Part shown: in pieces, positions 8,915-17,574 of the stretch | Position numbering within the stretch: position 1 is the stretch's first letter | How the letters are laid out: each line of letters starts with the position of its first letter | Source: a virus | Taxonomy: Duplodnaviria; Caudoviricetes | Strand: one strand, 5' to 3' | Virus record (IMG/VR): IMGVR_UViG_3300044618_002542 | Span: 1 to 59,900 of that record | Length of the DNA stretch: 59,900 nucleotides | Position numbers and translations under genes: made by a program | The notes under the pieces: model-generated | What the model was told of the DNA's origin: nothing | Seen by the model: the letters and a program-made list of their open reading frames with translations, nothing else | Database searches by the model: none

Positions 8915-9385
8915 ATGTCAGACGAAAACTGGCCAGAATACAAAGCTAGCGATTTGGCTGAAGCGATTAAAACTTCAATCGACAAAGCCAAAAAGTCGAT
9001 CGGACTCAATTCGCAATTCATTTTAAGGCCAGTAGTAGCCAAGCCGATTAAAGGATTAAGGGGAACGGGCCGGACCACAAAAATGCTGGCGGTGGCCAAG
9101 AATCTTGCGGCCGAGAACCCGAATCGAAGAATTGTCGTGGTAATGGGTAATTTCGCGGAAGCAAACAAAGCGAGAATTTTACTTCCAGAGAAAATTAAAG
9201 TAATTCACGAACAAAACAGCGAGTGGTGTTGGAAAGAAAGAAGAATTCGCGGATTTGACAGAGAAACGGTTTACTTAATTGATCACTATGCAATTGAAAA
9301 AATGTTGAGAAGGGAGTTTGGCGATTTAATTGACCTGCTCCACGAACACGATCCAGAGACGATGTTTCTTCGGTATCAGCGATAG
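8915..9385 (+). CDS. Hypothetical protein with a degenerate P-loop-like motif
   Basis: RGTGRTTKML; AT-richer than neighbouring genes. Confidence 0.6.
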   Translation: MSDENWPEYKASDLAEAIKTSIDKAKKSIGLNSQFILRPVVAKPIKGLRGTGRTTKMLAVAKNLAAENPNRRIVVVMGNFAEANKARILLPEKIKVIHEQNSEWCWKERRIRGFDRETVYLIDHYAIEKMLRREFGDLIDLLHEHDPETMFLRYQR

Positions 9386-9462
9386 AAATTACTTGCTAAC
9401 CTATCACCCCGCCGAATGCGTAAAACGGCAGCCCCGCAACACCCGAACCCCAGAGCAGTCCG

Positions 9463-12105
9463 ATGAGCAGTACACTTGAAATAATCGCCCGCTATCAAGG
9501 CGAGCGCATGCGCTGGCCGATCGACGACCCGGAATCGCCAGGGGATTTTACCCTGATCGGTCTGGCGGCCGTCTGCGAACAATCGCGGGAAATCTGCAAA
9601 TCCGCCGGGATCGACACCGACGAGCCAGTCACAATCAAAGGAATTGCAAACGACGAAGAATTGGAGCGAAACGGCTCTTACCGTTTTTTCGGCTCGTTTT
9701 CGTATTACACAAACCGCCGGACCGGCGACCGCGAAAAACAATTCCATTTTCGATCGTTCACCCGCCATGTCCCGCACGACCCGGACGGGCTTGCCGACTA
9801 TCTAGCCGCGGCCGGCAAAGGGAACGGGATCGGACACCGAAAGGCGATGGCGCTAGTCAGGGCGTTTGGTTGCGAATCGGTATTGTCGAAATGCAAAGAC
9901 GATATCGCCGCGGTGATGGCCGAAACAGGGATCAAAGAGGAACAGGCAAGAGCGTTTGCCGAATTACTTAAAGCCCGTCAGGCTACCGAGAATTCCACCC
10001 TGGAAGTGGAACGGATCTTAGCGAAGAAGAAATTCCCCCGCGCCCTAACGCGCAAACTGATAAAGACCTGGGGCGCCGAAGCCCCACAGCGAATTCATGA
10101 TGATCCGTTTTCGCTGATGCAATTTCGTGGAGTTGGGTTCTTACTTGCCGATCGTCTTTGGATCGATCTAGGCAAGGATCCCGCAGCGATTCGCCGGCAA
10201 GCCGCGTACATTTGGCATGAAGTCCACACGTCGCGCGACGGCCACGCATGGCACGACGTAGAGGCGATCGCGGTCAAGCTCCGTCGAGCAATCGGCGCAA
10301 AAGCGAACCCCCGCGACGCGATATTAGCCGGGAAGGAAATTTTCGCGAAATCGCCGAACGAGTTTGGAGCGATTGCGACTGCTCGGAGTGATTCGAGCGG
10401 CCGATACGATCCGAAGGGCGGAAAAGTTTGGGTCGCTGACGGAAAAGACGAAGAATCGGAACGGTGGGTCGCTGATTTGGTTTCGGCCGCGGTAACGGAA
10501 GTCCGGCCGGTTTACTACTACCGCCAGGACGATCCTCAGCCGACGGCGGCGAAGATACTCGATTCGGCGCGATGCCAGCGATGTTATCGGCCGTTGACCG
10601 CCTCCGATATTCACGTCCTGCACGGTCGGCCGTATGGGCCGACGTGTATCACGCACGTTGACCCGAGAGGGACCGCGGAAATCGTCTCCCAGGAAGAATG
10701 GAACGAACGAAACGAGATCAAGCCACAAGAAGTCTCGCCGGCGAAGCTGGTTAGCGTCCCCGAAGTATCGCTCTGGCCGGACGAATCGGAAATCGAGGGG
10801 ATCAGCGACCACCAGCGAGAGCAAATCGGCAAGTCGTTGACTGCCAGGGTAGGTTTACTCGGGGGCTCACCGGGGACCGGAAAAACATACACGATTGCGG
10901 CATTGATCAAGGCGATCGCACGGGGCGGGCGGGTGCCGCTCGACCAAATCGCGATCGGGGCGCCGACCGGAAAAGCCGCGGTTCGATTGACCGAATCCCT
11001 GCACGCTTGCGGACTCAGCGTCTACGCTCGGACGTGGCATTCCCTCCTGGGAGTCGCGAAGGCCGGCGACGGCGAATCGGAAGAATGGGGGTTCGTTCAC
11101 GGGCTCAAACAGCCGTGGAGCTATCGAGTCATAATCGGCGATGAGACTTCGATGGTTCCAGCCGGCTTGATGGCGTCGATACTCAAAGCCCGGCCGAACG
11201 GCTGCCACGCTCTTTTTGTCGGTGATGCAAACCAGCTTGCCCCCGTTGGGGTCGGCGCCCCGTTCCGCGATTTTATCGGGGCCGGTCTGGCATACGGCGA
11301 GCTTCGCGAAATCAAACGCAATTCCGGCGGCATTGTCGAAGCCTGCGCCGATATTCGCGATCGACGGCCGTGGGCCGCGAATTACTGCGACCCCGGCCAA
11401 AACCTTTGGATCACCGGTGACCGCACGCCGGCAAGTCAAATTGCAAGAATCTTGTCGCTGATCGAAAACTGCCCCGGCGATCCGGTTTGGGACTGTCAAG
11501 TCTTAACGGCGGTCAACCAGCGGTCGGAGTTATCGCGGGAAGTCCTGAACCATATCCTGCAGGATCGACTAAACCCGAATCCTCCGGTTGAAGGAACCGA
11601 CTTTAGAATCGGCGATAAAGTCGTCTGTCTATCCAACGGCGGGTACGATCCGACCGACGACACTGAATCCGATGGGCAAATCTATGTCGCGAACGGCGAA
11701 ATCGGCCGGGTGCGGGAAATCATGCCGGGCCGGATGGTTGTTACGCTCGAATCCGGCGAGCGCGATAAATCGATCGTCGTCTTACGCGGTCCCAAGAGCA
11801 CCGAAGGCGACGCGACCAACGGTTGCCCGTGGGATCTTGCTTACGCCATGTCGGTTCACAAGTATCAGGGAAGCGAGCAGAAGACGGTCATCGGCGTTCT
11901 GGACAACTATTTCGGCGCGAAGATGCTTTGCGACCGTGCCTGGATTTACACGCTGATCAGCCGAGCCAAGCACTTTTGTCAATTGGTCGGGACGAAGGAA
12001 ACCGCCGAGTTGTTTTGCAAGGTTTCCCGAATGCACTTGCGAAAAACGTTTCTTGCCGATCGCATTCGCGAAAAACTTTACTCGCACGACACCGAGGGGT
12101 TGTAA
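9463..12105 (+). CDS. recD2: RecD2-like SF1B helicase with HhH N-terminus and an inserted Zn finger
   Basis: GIGHRKA and GVGFLLAD HhH motifs; GSPGTGKT, APTGKAA, DETSM, GDANQL, AYAMSVHKYQGSE, YTLISRAK. Confidence 0.9.
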   Translation: MSSTLEIIARYQGERMRWPIDDPESPGDFTLIGLAAVCEQSREICKSAGIDTDEPVTIKGIANDEELERNGSYRFFGSFSYYTNRRTGDREKQFHFRSFTRHVPHDPDGLADYLAAAGKGNGIGHRKAMALVRAFGCESVLSKCKDDIAAVMAETGIKEEQARAFAELLKARQATENSTLEVERILAKKKFPRALTRKLIKTWGAEAPQRIHDDPFSLMQFRGVGFLLADRLWIDLGKDPAAIRRQAAYIWHEVHTSRDGHAWHDVEAIAVKLRRAIGAKANPRDAILAGKEIFAKSPNEFGAIATARSDSSGRYDPKGGKVWVADGKDEESERWVADLVSAAVTEVRPVYYYRQDDPQPTAAKILDSARCQRCYRPLTASDIHVLHGRPYGPTCITHVDPRGTAEIVSQEEWNERNEIKPQEVSPAKLVSVPEVSLWPDESEIEGISDHQREQIGKSLTARVGLLGGSPGTGKTYTIAALIKAIARGGRVPLDQIAIGAPTGKAAVRLTESLHACGLSVYARTWHSLLGVAKAGDGESEEWGFVHGLKQPWSYRVIIGDETSMVPAGLMASILKARPNGCHALFVGDANQLAPVGVGAPFRDFIGAGLAYGELREIKRNSGGIVEACADIRDRRPWAANYCDPGQNLWITGDRTPASQIARILSLIENCPGDPVWDCQVLTAVNQRSELSREVLNHILQDRLNPNPPVEGTDFRIGDKVVCLSNGGYDPTDDTESDGQIYVANGEIGRVREIMPGRMVVTLESGERDKSIVVLRGPKSTEGDATNGCPWDLAYAMSVHKYQGSEQKTVIGVLDNYFGAKMLCDRAWIYTLISRAKHFCQLVGTKETAELFCKVSRMHLRKTFLADRIREKLYSHDTEGL

Positions 12106-12605
12106 TGCAGATTTACGCTTTGAACGGCTACCTTTACTCGATTGAACCGCGATTAAAACCCGCCCTGGCAGATTACGTCGTGCAGTTCCCGTATCACGCA
12201 AATTGGACACCGAGACGGGCCGAGGCGCTATCGGCGACGATCCGGAGCCCTTGCATCCTGATCGGATTTTCAGACGGAGCCGATGCGGCGGCCAGAATTG
12301 CGAAATCAAATCCGAACGTCAAAGCCCTGTTTTTTCATTCCGGACTAGACAGCGGAATAAAACTTCCCGATTCGGTTGATTTCGTTGCGTATCGAACGAC
12401 TGGCGATCGCACCCCGACCTACCAACAAACAAAACGGTTTTATTGGCGGCAGCGAGACGGGGTAATGGTTGAACTCGTTCCGGTTGCGTTTGACGATCCA
12501 ACGCGATTCGAGCGGACGTTCTTGACTCCGCTTGGCCATCAGTTTCACAACGCTATCCCGCACTTGGTTTCGGCGATCGGGGAGGTCATGAAAAAATGGT
12601 CCTAG
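12105..12605 (+). CDS. Small alpha/beta-hydrolase (esterase-like)
   Basis: Nucleophile elbow LIGFSDGA, GD and C-terminal GHQF; ATG overlaps the helicase stop (TAATG). Confidence 0.65.
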   Translation: MQIYALNGYLYSIEPRLKPALADYVVQFPYHANWTPRRAEALSATIRSPCILIGFSDGADAAARIAKSNPNVKALFFHSGLDSGIKLPDSVDFVAYRTTGDRTPTYQQTKRFYWRQRDGVMVELVPVAFDDPTRFERTFLTPLGHQFHNAIPHLVSAIGEVMKKWS

Positions 12606-13393
12606 ACTCGAAATTTAAGCTTTTGGTCGATCATTTCGGGATACTTGACCCCGAAGACTGGCAGGCGATTCGTCCGGCGGAAATATCGGCCGTTCCGTCG
12701 ATCGGCTCATCGACGTTAAATCACTTGCGGTTGATGCTGGCCAATCGAGGACTAACCCTCCTGGAAGATCGGACCCCCGAACACTGGCAAGCGGAACTAG
12801 GGTTAAAACGAGGGGCGACGGAGATATCGCAAACCGATAACGCGATCGTTTCGGAGTTTCGGATCCTGATCGACACCAGAGAGCAGAATCCGTTCACGTT
12901 TACGGGAATTAAGGCCGATGCCCGCCAGGGTGGAAAACCCATCCTGGTGGCCACAGAGCGGACTACGCTTGGCGAATCACACGGAGATTACACCGTCCCC
13001 GAATTGATCGACTACTGTCACGTCGAGCGGAAAAGCCGCGAGGACGCATGGGGGACGGTACTCGGTTGGGGTGATCGCCGGGAAGCATTTCAGCGGACGC
13101 TTGAGTATCTAGCAGAGATCCCGGTTGGGCTCGTCGTCGTTGAAGCGACGTGGGGCGATTGCCTAAATAACATGCCCGAACACGGCACCCGTACAAAATC
13201 CAGTAACCAGAAGATTTTCAATCGGCAAGTGTTAGCATGGGGCCAAGACTACGGCGTCCAGTGGCATTTTTTTGACGATAGACGACTGGCCGAAGTCAAT
13301 ACGTTCCGAATCCTTGAACGACAATGGAGGAAGCAGAAAGAAGCACAGAAAAGAGCACAGAAAGAAGCAAGCGAAACCGATTACGAACTATAG
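12596..13393 (+). CDS. ERCC4/XPF-family nuclease
   Basis: IDTREQ, GDY, VERKS and VVEA motifs. Confidence 0.87.
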   Translation: MVLDSKFKLLVDHFGILDPEDWQAIRPAEISAVPSIGSSTLNHLRLMLANRGLTLLEDRTPEHWQAELGLKRGATEISQTDNAIVSEFRILIDTREQNPFTFTGIKADARQGGKPILVATERTTLGESHGDYTVPELIDYCHVERKSREDAWGTVLGWGDRREAFQRTLEYLAEIPVGLVVVEATWGDCLNNMPEHGTRTKSSNQKIFNRQVLAWGQDYGVQWHFFDDRRLAEVNTFRILERQWRKQKEAQKRAQKEASETDYEL

Positions 13394-13422
13394 ACCGAAT
13401 CCCTCACACAAAAGCCCAAACG

Positions 13423-15159
13423 ATGAAACGAACATTACAGCCAGGAAAGATTGTCAAATCACAAGCCCCGCAGGCGGAACCGGCCGCCGAAGCAAAGCCC
13501 GAAGCAAAGCCCGAATCGAACGCCAAGCCGGCGACCGTCGGCGTCAATTTTCTGGACGAAATCTACAGCGATCAGAAGTTGATTTTGAGCCTGCAAACGA
13601 AGATAGCCGGGTTGGTCGAGCAGATTGAAGGCACAAAAGCTCAACTATCGGAAGCGATGACGAAGCAAGCCCGATTCCTTCGCTCTCTTCCAGCCGCGGT
13701 AATTGCGGCTCACGAAGGCCGAAGCGTCGAGGACGTTCAGCAGGAGATCGACGGCGCGGTAATGGATGGGGCCCGTGTTATTTATCGCGGTGTAACGATC
13801 AGGAGCGAGGGATCGGTAATCGGCACGGCGATAGAATCCGGCGAACCCCAGGAGCTTATCAAGGTTGCCATCCCGCCGCCGATCGTCGTTACCGAATCCG
13901 CGCCGGCTGGCGGCCCGGTTACCGCCAAGCCTGCACCCGATACCGCAGTCGTTAGCAACACTGAGCCGTACCCCGAAGGCTGGAACGAAATCCCGACACA
14001 ATCGATTTTGGCCGACGTTCGCGGGCTAGGGCCGAATCGGATTGACGCCATTGTCGAAAAGTTTCCAAAGCTCTCGGACCTGCACAATTCGCGAGTTTTG
14101 GCCGAGTCCCAAAGCCGGTTTTGGTTCAGCGAATTTCCGAAAGGGACCGGGAAGAATATCGTCGCCAGAATTGCGGAATTGATGGACCGGCTCAAGGCCA
14201 AGCAGGACGAACCAGAAGCCGAAGAATCCGCCGAGGTTTGGATCGACGATCCGGTCGAACCTGCCACGGAATCGCCCAAGGCCGATTCGCCACACGTCCG
14301 GCGGGTCAAATCGGTCTACAAGTCGGTTATGTCCGATCCAAGTTTCGATTCACTTTCCGGAGGTGATAGCGACCTGTCGTGGGTCGCCGGGTGGGACGCC
14401 GCGATCGACGGATACGATTACACGCAATGTCCCGAGGAACTTGGGATCGCCGAAGTAACGGCGTGGATCAAGGGGTGGGCGTGCTGGTATGAGCACGAAA
14501 AGCCGAAGCTCGAAGCGATCGAAGCGGGCGAGCAAGGCAAGGTTACCGCGGAGGTTACCACGGAGGTTACCGAACCGACACCCGAGCCGGTTACCGAAGG
14601 CGATTTTGATCAAGACGTAATCGAGCACCGAGCGTTTATTATCCGAACGATGGGGTGGCTTCGCGAAAACCAAGGGGAAATCGGGAAGCGATCGGCAAAC
14701 GACCCGGCGTGGTGGGACCGCGGTTACGCGGCTTTTGCAGAGGGCCAAAGCTTCTACATTTGCCCCGATGCTGAATTGCCGGGCTACGATTTTGAGATCG
14801 ACGAAATCGATCAAATCGACTGGATCCGCGGGTGGGTTGCTGGGCAGATGGAGCAAGCGGCTAAGGTTGATGAGGTTGCCGACGAAGTTACCAGCAAGGT
14901 TACCAGCGAGGTTACCAGCGAACCGCCGATTCTGTCGTTTGATCAGAAAAAAGCGACTGGTTATCACGAAGCGTCAAGCGACTCGTCACCGCGACGGCCG
15001 AAGGTCAGTAAGAAAGCTTACACCGATGGGTATTCTGCTGCACTCCGCGGTATCGAGTCGCCCGATCCGGCTCAATACGAGGATAGCGAGTCGATCCCGC
15101 AACTAGCCGACTGGTATCGGGGGTGGCTCGACGGTCGCGAGCTTGACGCGGACCTATAA
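13423..15159 (+). CDS. Acidic multidomain protein: coiled coil, HhH-like motif, three RMF-like repeats
   Basis: Three G[YW].A...G...(CP)...W..GW units; VRGLGPNRI; start taken at ATG 13423. Confidence 0.7.
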   Translation: MKRTLQPGKIVKSQAPQAEPAAEAKPEAKPESNAKPATVGVNFLDEIYSDQKLILSLQTKIAGLVEQIEGTKAQLSEAMTKQARFLRSLPAAVIAAHEGRSVEDVQQEIDGAVMDGARVIYRGVTIRSEGSVIGTAIESGEPQELIKVAIPPPIVVTESAPAGGPVTAKPAPDTAVVSNTEPYPEGWNEIPTQSILADVRGLGPNRIDAIVEKFPKLSDLHNSRVLAESQSRFWFSEFPKGTGKNIVARIAELMDRLKAKQDEPEAEESAEVWIDDPVEPATESPKADSPHVRRVKSVYKSVMSDPSFDSLSGGDSDLSWVAGWDAAIDGYDYTQCPEELGIAEVTAWIKGWACWYEHEKPKLEAIEAGEQGKVTAEVTTEVTEPTPEPVTEGDFDQDVIEHRAFIIRTMGWLRENQGEIGKRSANDPAWWDRGYAAFAEGQSFYICPDAELPGYDFEIDEIDQIDWIRGWVAGQMEQAAKVDEVADEVTSKVTSEVTSEPPILSFDQKKATGYHEASSDSSPRRPKVSKKAYTDGYSAALRGIESPDPAQYEDSESIPQLADWYRGWLDGRELDADL

Positions 15160-15182
15160 CCCGGCCGATCGGAGGTCGGGCT

Positions 15183-15917
15183 ATGGCGAAGTATGAAATC
15201 AAAGCGCTCAAGGCCGCGGCTTTGGGCGCTTGGCCGGCGATCGTCGAGCGGGTCGGCGGGATATCCGACGACTACTTGGCGAATCGACACGGCCCCTGCC
15301 CTCGATGCGGCGGGAATACTCGGTTCCGAGTGTTCGAAGATTTTGACCGGACCGGCGGGGCGGTGTGTTCCCATTGCGGAAAATTCGGCGACGGTATCGC
15401 GCTCGTCCAGTGGGCGACCGGCCAGAGCTTTTTACAGACGGTGGAGTCGATCGGCGATTTTCTGGGAGTCGCGCCGGCGGGGAAGACTGCCAGGGGTGGT
15501 TCAGCAAAGACGAAACCGGCTGAGGCGGCCAAGAAATCGACGAAGGAACCGAAAAAGGAAACGACAAAGGGAAAAGAGCCCGACGAAGCCTTGAAAACGG
15601 GCCAGGACGAGACGAAAGCCGATCCGATGCGGAATATCCAGTGGATCGCCTGGAATCACCCCTTGGTAGCATTTTGGTGCTTCAGAAAGGGGTTGTCGGT
15701 CGAGTCGCTTCCGGCGGGGTCGAGACTTTGCACTTACCGCAAGCGATACACCTGCCTTGCGGTTCCGGCGAAGTCGATTGGTGGGGAAGTCTGTGCGTGG
15801 TTGATTTACGAAATTGGCGGGGGGCGTCTCCCGCATTTTGAAAAGGGATCAAAAGAGGTAGCGGAATGGTTGAAAGTGAAAATAATCAAGACGAAATCCG
15901 AAGGTTTGCAAAAGTAG
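15183..15917 (+). CDS. Primase N-terminal part: P4-alpha-type Zn-ribbon plus the N-terminal catalytic subdomain
   Basis: HGPCPRCGG.TRFR...CSHCG.GDGIALV; then RKGLS..LAVP..GEV; strong GGAGG RBS. Confidence 0.85.
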   Translation: MAKYEIKALKAAALGAWPAIVERVGGISDDYLANRHGPCPRCGGNTRFRVFEDFDRTGGAVCSHCGKFGDGIALVQWATGQSFLQTVESIGDFLGVAPAGKTARGGSAKTKPAEAAKKSTKEPKKETTKGKEPDEALKTGQDETKADPMRNIQWIAWNHPLVAFWCFRKGLSVESLPAGSRLCTYRKRYTCLAVPAKSIGGEVCAWLIYEIGGGRLPHFEKGSKEVAEWLKVKIIKTKSEGLQK

Positions 15918-16171
15918 TCGGGTGCGGAAGCTGGCACGATTGCGGGAGCGTTTCTTACGTCAAGGCGGCAGAAATCGCAATTCGGAAAGAACTTGAAATC
16001 CGGGAGGGACAGCAATTTGCCGGATTTTTGCATCAGCTTTGCAAATTTGACCACCTTAAAGCCGCGGTTCTTGTCGCCGACAACGACACCTTTACTGGCA
16101 GTCGTTTAATTAGGGCGAACATCTCGCTCAAATTTGAGTTTTTTACTCGTCCACCGGAGTCGAATGAATGA
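15866..16171 (+). CDS. Hypothetical protein
   Basis: Fills the gap; stop overlaps the next start. Confidence 0.5.
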   Translation: MVESENNQDEIRRFAKVVGCGSWHDCGSVSYVKAAEIAIRKELEIREGQQFAGFLHQLCKFDHLKAAVLVADNDTFTGSRLIRANISLKFEFFTRPPESNE

Positions 16172-16497
16172 ATTCCGACGTTCACGCCCCGTTCATGAAA
16201 ATCGGCCCGGCGACGCTCAAGCGAGTTGCCAACGAAAACTGCTTTATTGAGTGGGAGGTCTGGCACGAAATTGAAGAAATTGGAGCGATCCAGTTTTTTG
16301 AGGACGGATCACTTCACGCTCGAAAAGTAAATCGGTACGGCGATTTGATTTACTCGATTGTGAATCTCTCTAGCTGGGTTCTGCTCCCAGTCCCGGTTGT
16401 TCTGATCAGATTTGCAACTATCGCCATTCTTGCGGCAAACGGGATTGTTTGGTCGGAAGACCGATCGACGATTGACTCCATTTTTACAGAGGATTGA
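16168..16497 (+). CDS. Hypothetical protein
   Basis: GGAG RBS, operon packing. Confidence 0.6.
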   Translation: MNSDVHAPFMKIGPATLKRVANENCFIEWEVWHEIEEIGAIQFFEDGSLHARKVNRYGDLIYSIVNLSSWVLLPVPVVLIRFATIAILAANGIVWSEDRSTIDSIFTED

Positions 16498-16503
16498 ACG
16501 AGC

Positions 16504-16854
16504 ATGAGCAAGGAAAAAGAAGCGGCAGAAGCCAACAAAGGCCGGACGTTACTAGTCCCGGACGAGGTAAAGTTTTACCAGCAAGCCGGCGAGATATTCG
16601 GGCGTGTTCATGAGTTACTTCCGTCGGGTCGTCTAAAAATGGAAGTTTTCCTAGAGCCAGGAAAGATGCGATGGATGTCGTACACCTGGGACGATTGGAT
16701 ATCCGGAAAGCCTTGGAGCGGTTCGTTTATCGTCTTACCGGATACGCTTAGAACGGTTTCGAGTATTGAACAATTTTCCCGCGAAATGTTTCGAGAGCTT
16801 AGCCGAATGCATGAATGGCATGGCGGGAAATGCGACCACGAAAAACAGCCTTGA
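16504..16854 (+). CDS. Hypothetical protein
   Basis: GAGG RBS, operon packing. Confidence 0.65.
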   Translation: MSKEKEAAEANKGRTLLVPDEVKFYQQAGEIFGRVHELLPSGRLKMEVFLEPGKMRWMSYTWDDWISGKPWSGSFIVLPDTLRTVSSIEQFSREMFRELSRMHEWHGGKCDHEKQP

Positions 16855-17022
16855 AAACTGAATCGTGATTTATTATTGTCTTAGACGATTGACCGCATTG
16901 AAGCGAACAGCGGGAGAGAACGACCAGTACCAGCCGGTGACCGAATAGTTCGGATAGTTCCGTGAGCACATGCCGAGAAATCGGAAATACTGCACGGTGA
17001 ACAAAAACGGCGAAGCCCGAGT

Positions 17023-17044
17023 CGTGACAGCCGGAGAGACGGCA
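17023..17044 (+). repeat. 22-bp direct repeat, copy 1 (CGTGACAGCCGGAGAGACGGCA)
   Basis: Identical to 17266-17287; contains a GCCG/CGGC hairpin with a purine loop. Confidence 0.9.
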
Positions 17045-17047
17045 GAC

Positions 17048-17116
17048 GGATCGGTAGCTCAGAGGCAGAGCTAGGGGTTGTACCCCTGGTCGCAGGTTCG
17101 AATCCTGCCCGATCCA
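17048..17116 (+). tRNA. tRNA-like gene with a non-canonical anticodon arm (5-nt loop TTGTA), no encoded CCA
   Basis: Acceptor GGATCGG/CCGATCC+A, D arm GCTC/GAGC with GG, T arm GCAGG-TTCGAAT-CCTGC. Confidence 0.8.
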
Positions 17117-17265
17117 ATGATTGCTTTTCGGTTGGTCGACAGACCTATCCTTTACGGAGAAAAAACTAGCAAAGGCTATTGAACGAAAATAGATAGCCCA
17201 GCCAGCCACGGCATCAAGTCACCCCAACTATAACGCAGAACGCGGGGGAAATAGTGGCAAACTTG

Positions 17266-17287
17266 CGTGACAGCCGGAGAGACGGCA
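17266..17287 (+). repeat. 22-bp direct repeat, copy 2
   Basis: Identical to 17023-17044; followed by a T-rich run. Confidence 0.9.
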
Positions 17288-17325
17288 CTTTATTTTGCTT
17301 GGCAATTAAAGGCTTGGGTTGATTT

Positions 17326-17559
17326 ATGGAAAAGCTTAATTCTGTCATAGTGCGGAGGGCAGCCGACGACTTTGAAGCGTTTCAAATCGCAGATGTTATG
17401 CAATCGTTTCAGCATGTCGAAGTTATTTCGATTGTTTTCGAGCGTCTTGGCATTTGGCATGTTTTCGCAAAGTTTGCAAGCGACAAAGTGCATCCCGACC
17501 AAATCGACGACAAAATTGACCAAGTTGTATTTCCGCCAGTTTCGCCAGAAAAAAGTTAA
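17326..17559 (+). CDS. Hypothetical protein
   Basis: ORF in operon orientation. Confidence 0.55.
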   Translation: MEKLNSVIVRRAADDFEAFQIADVMQSFQHVEVISIVFERLGIWHVFAKFASDKVHPDQIDDKIDQVVFPPVSPEKS

Positions 17560-17574
17560 GCCAATTTGCCGATA

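Noticed and set aside
3314-15920. Actively invertible segment or intein-mediated rejoining of the primase
   Set aside because: Junction similarity is only 11/15, crossover there would leave a stop codon, and no recombinase or intein motif is seen. Kept only as a historical-inversion hypothesis.
17117-17200. HDV-like (theta) ribozyme after the tRNA
   Set aside because: I could not build the nested double pseudoknot by eye; a covariance search would be needed.
17023-17287. 22-bp direct repeats as a mini CRISPR array
   Set aside because: Only two copies, separated by 221 bp containing a tRNA-like gene; no cas genes recognised.
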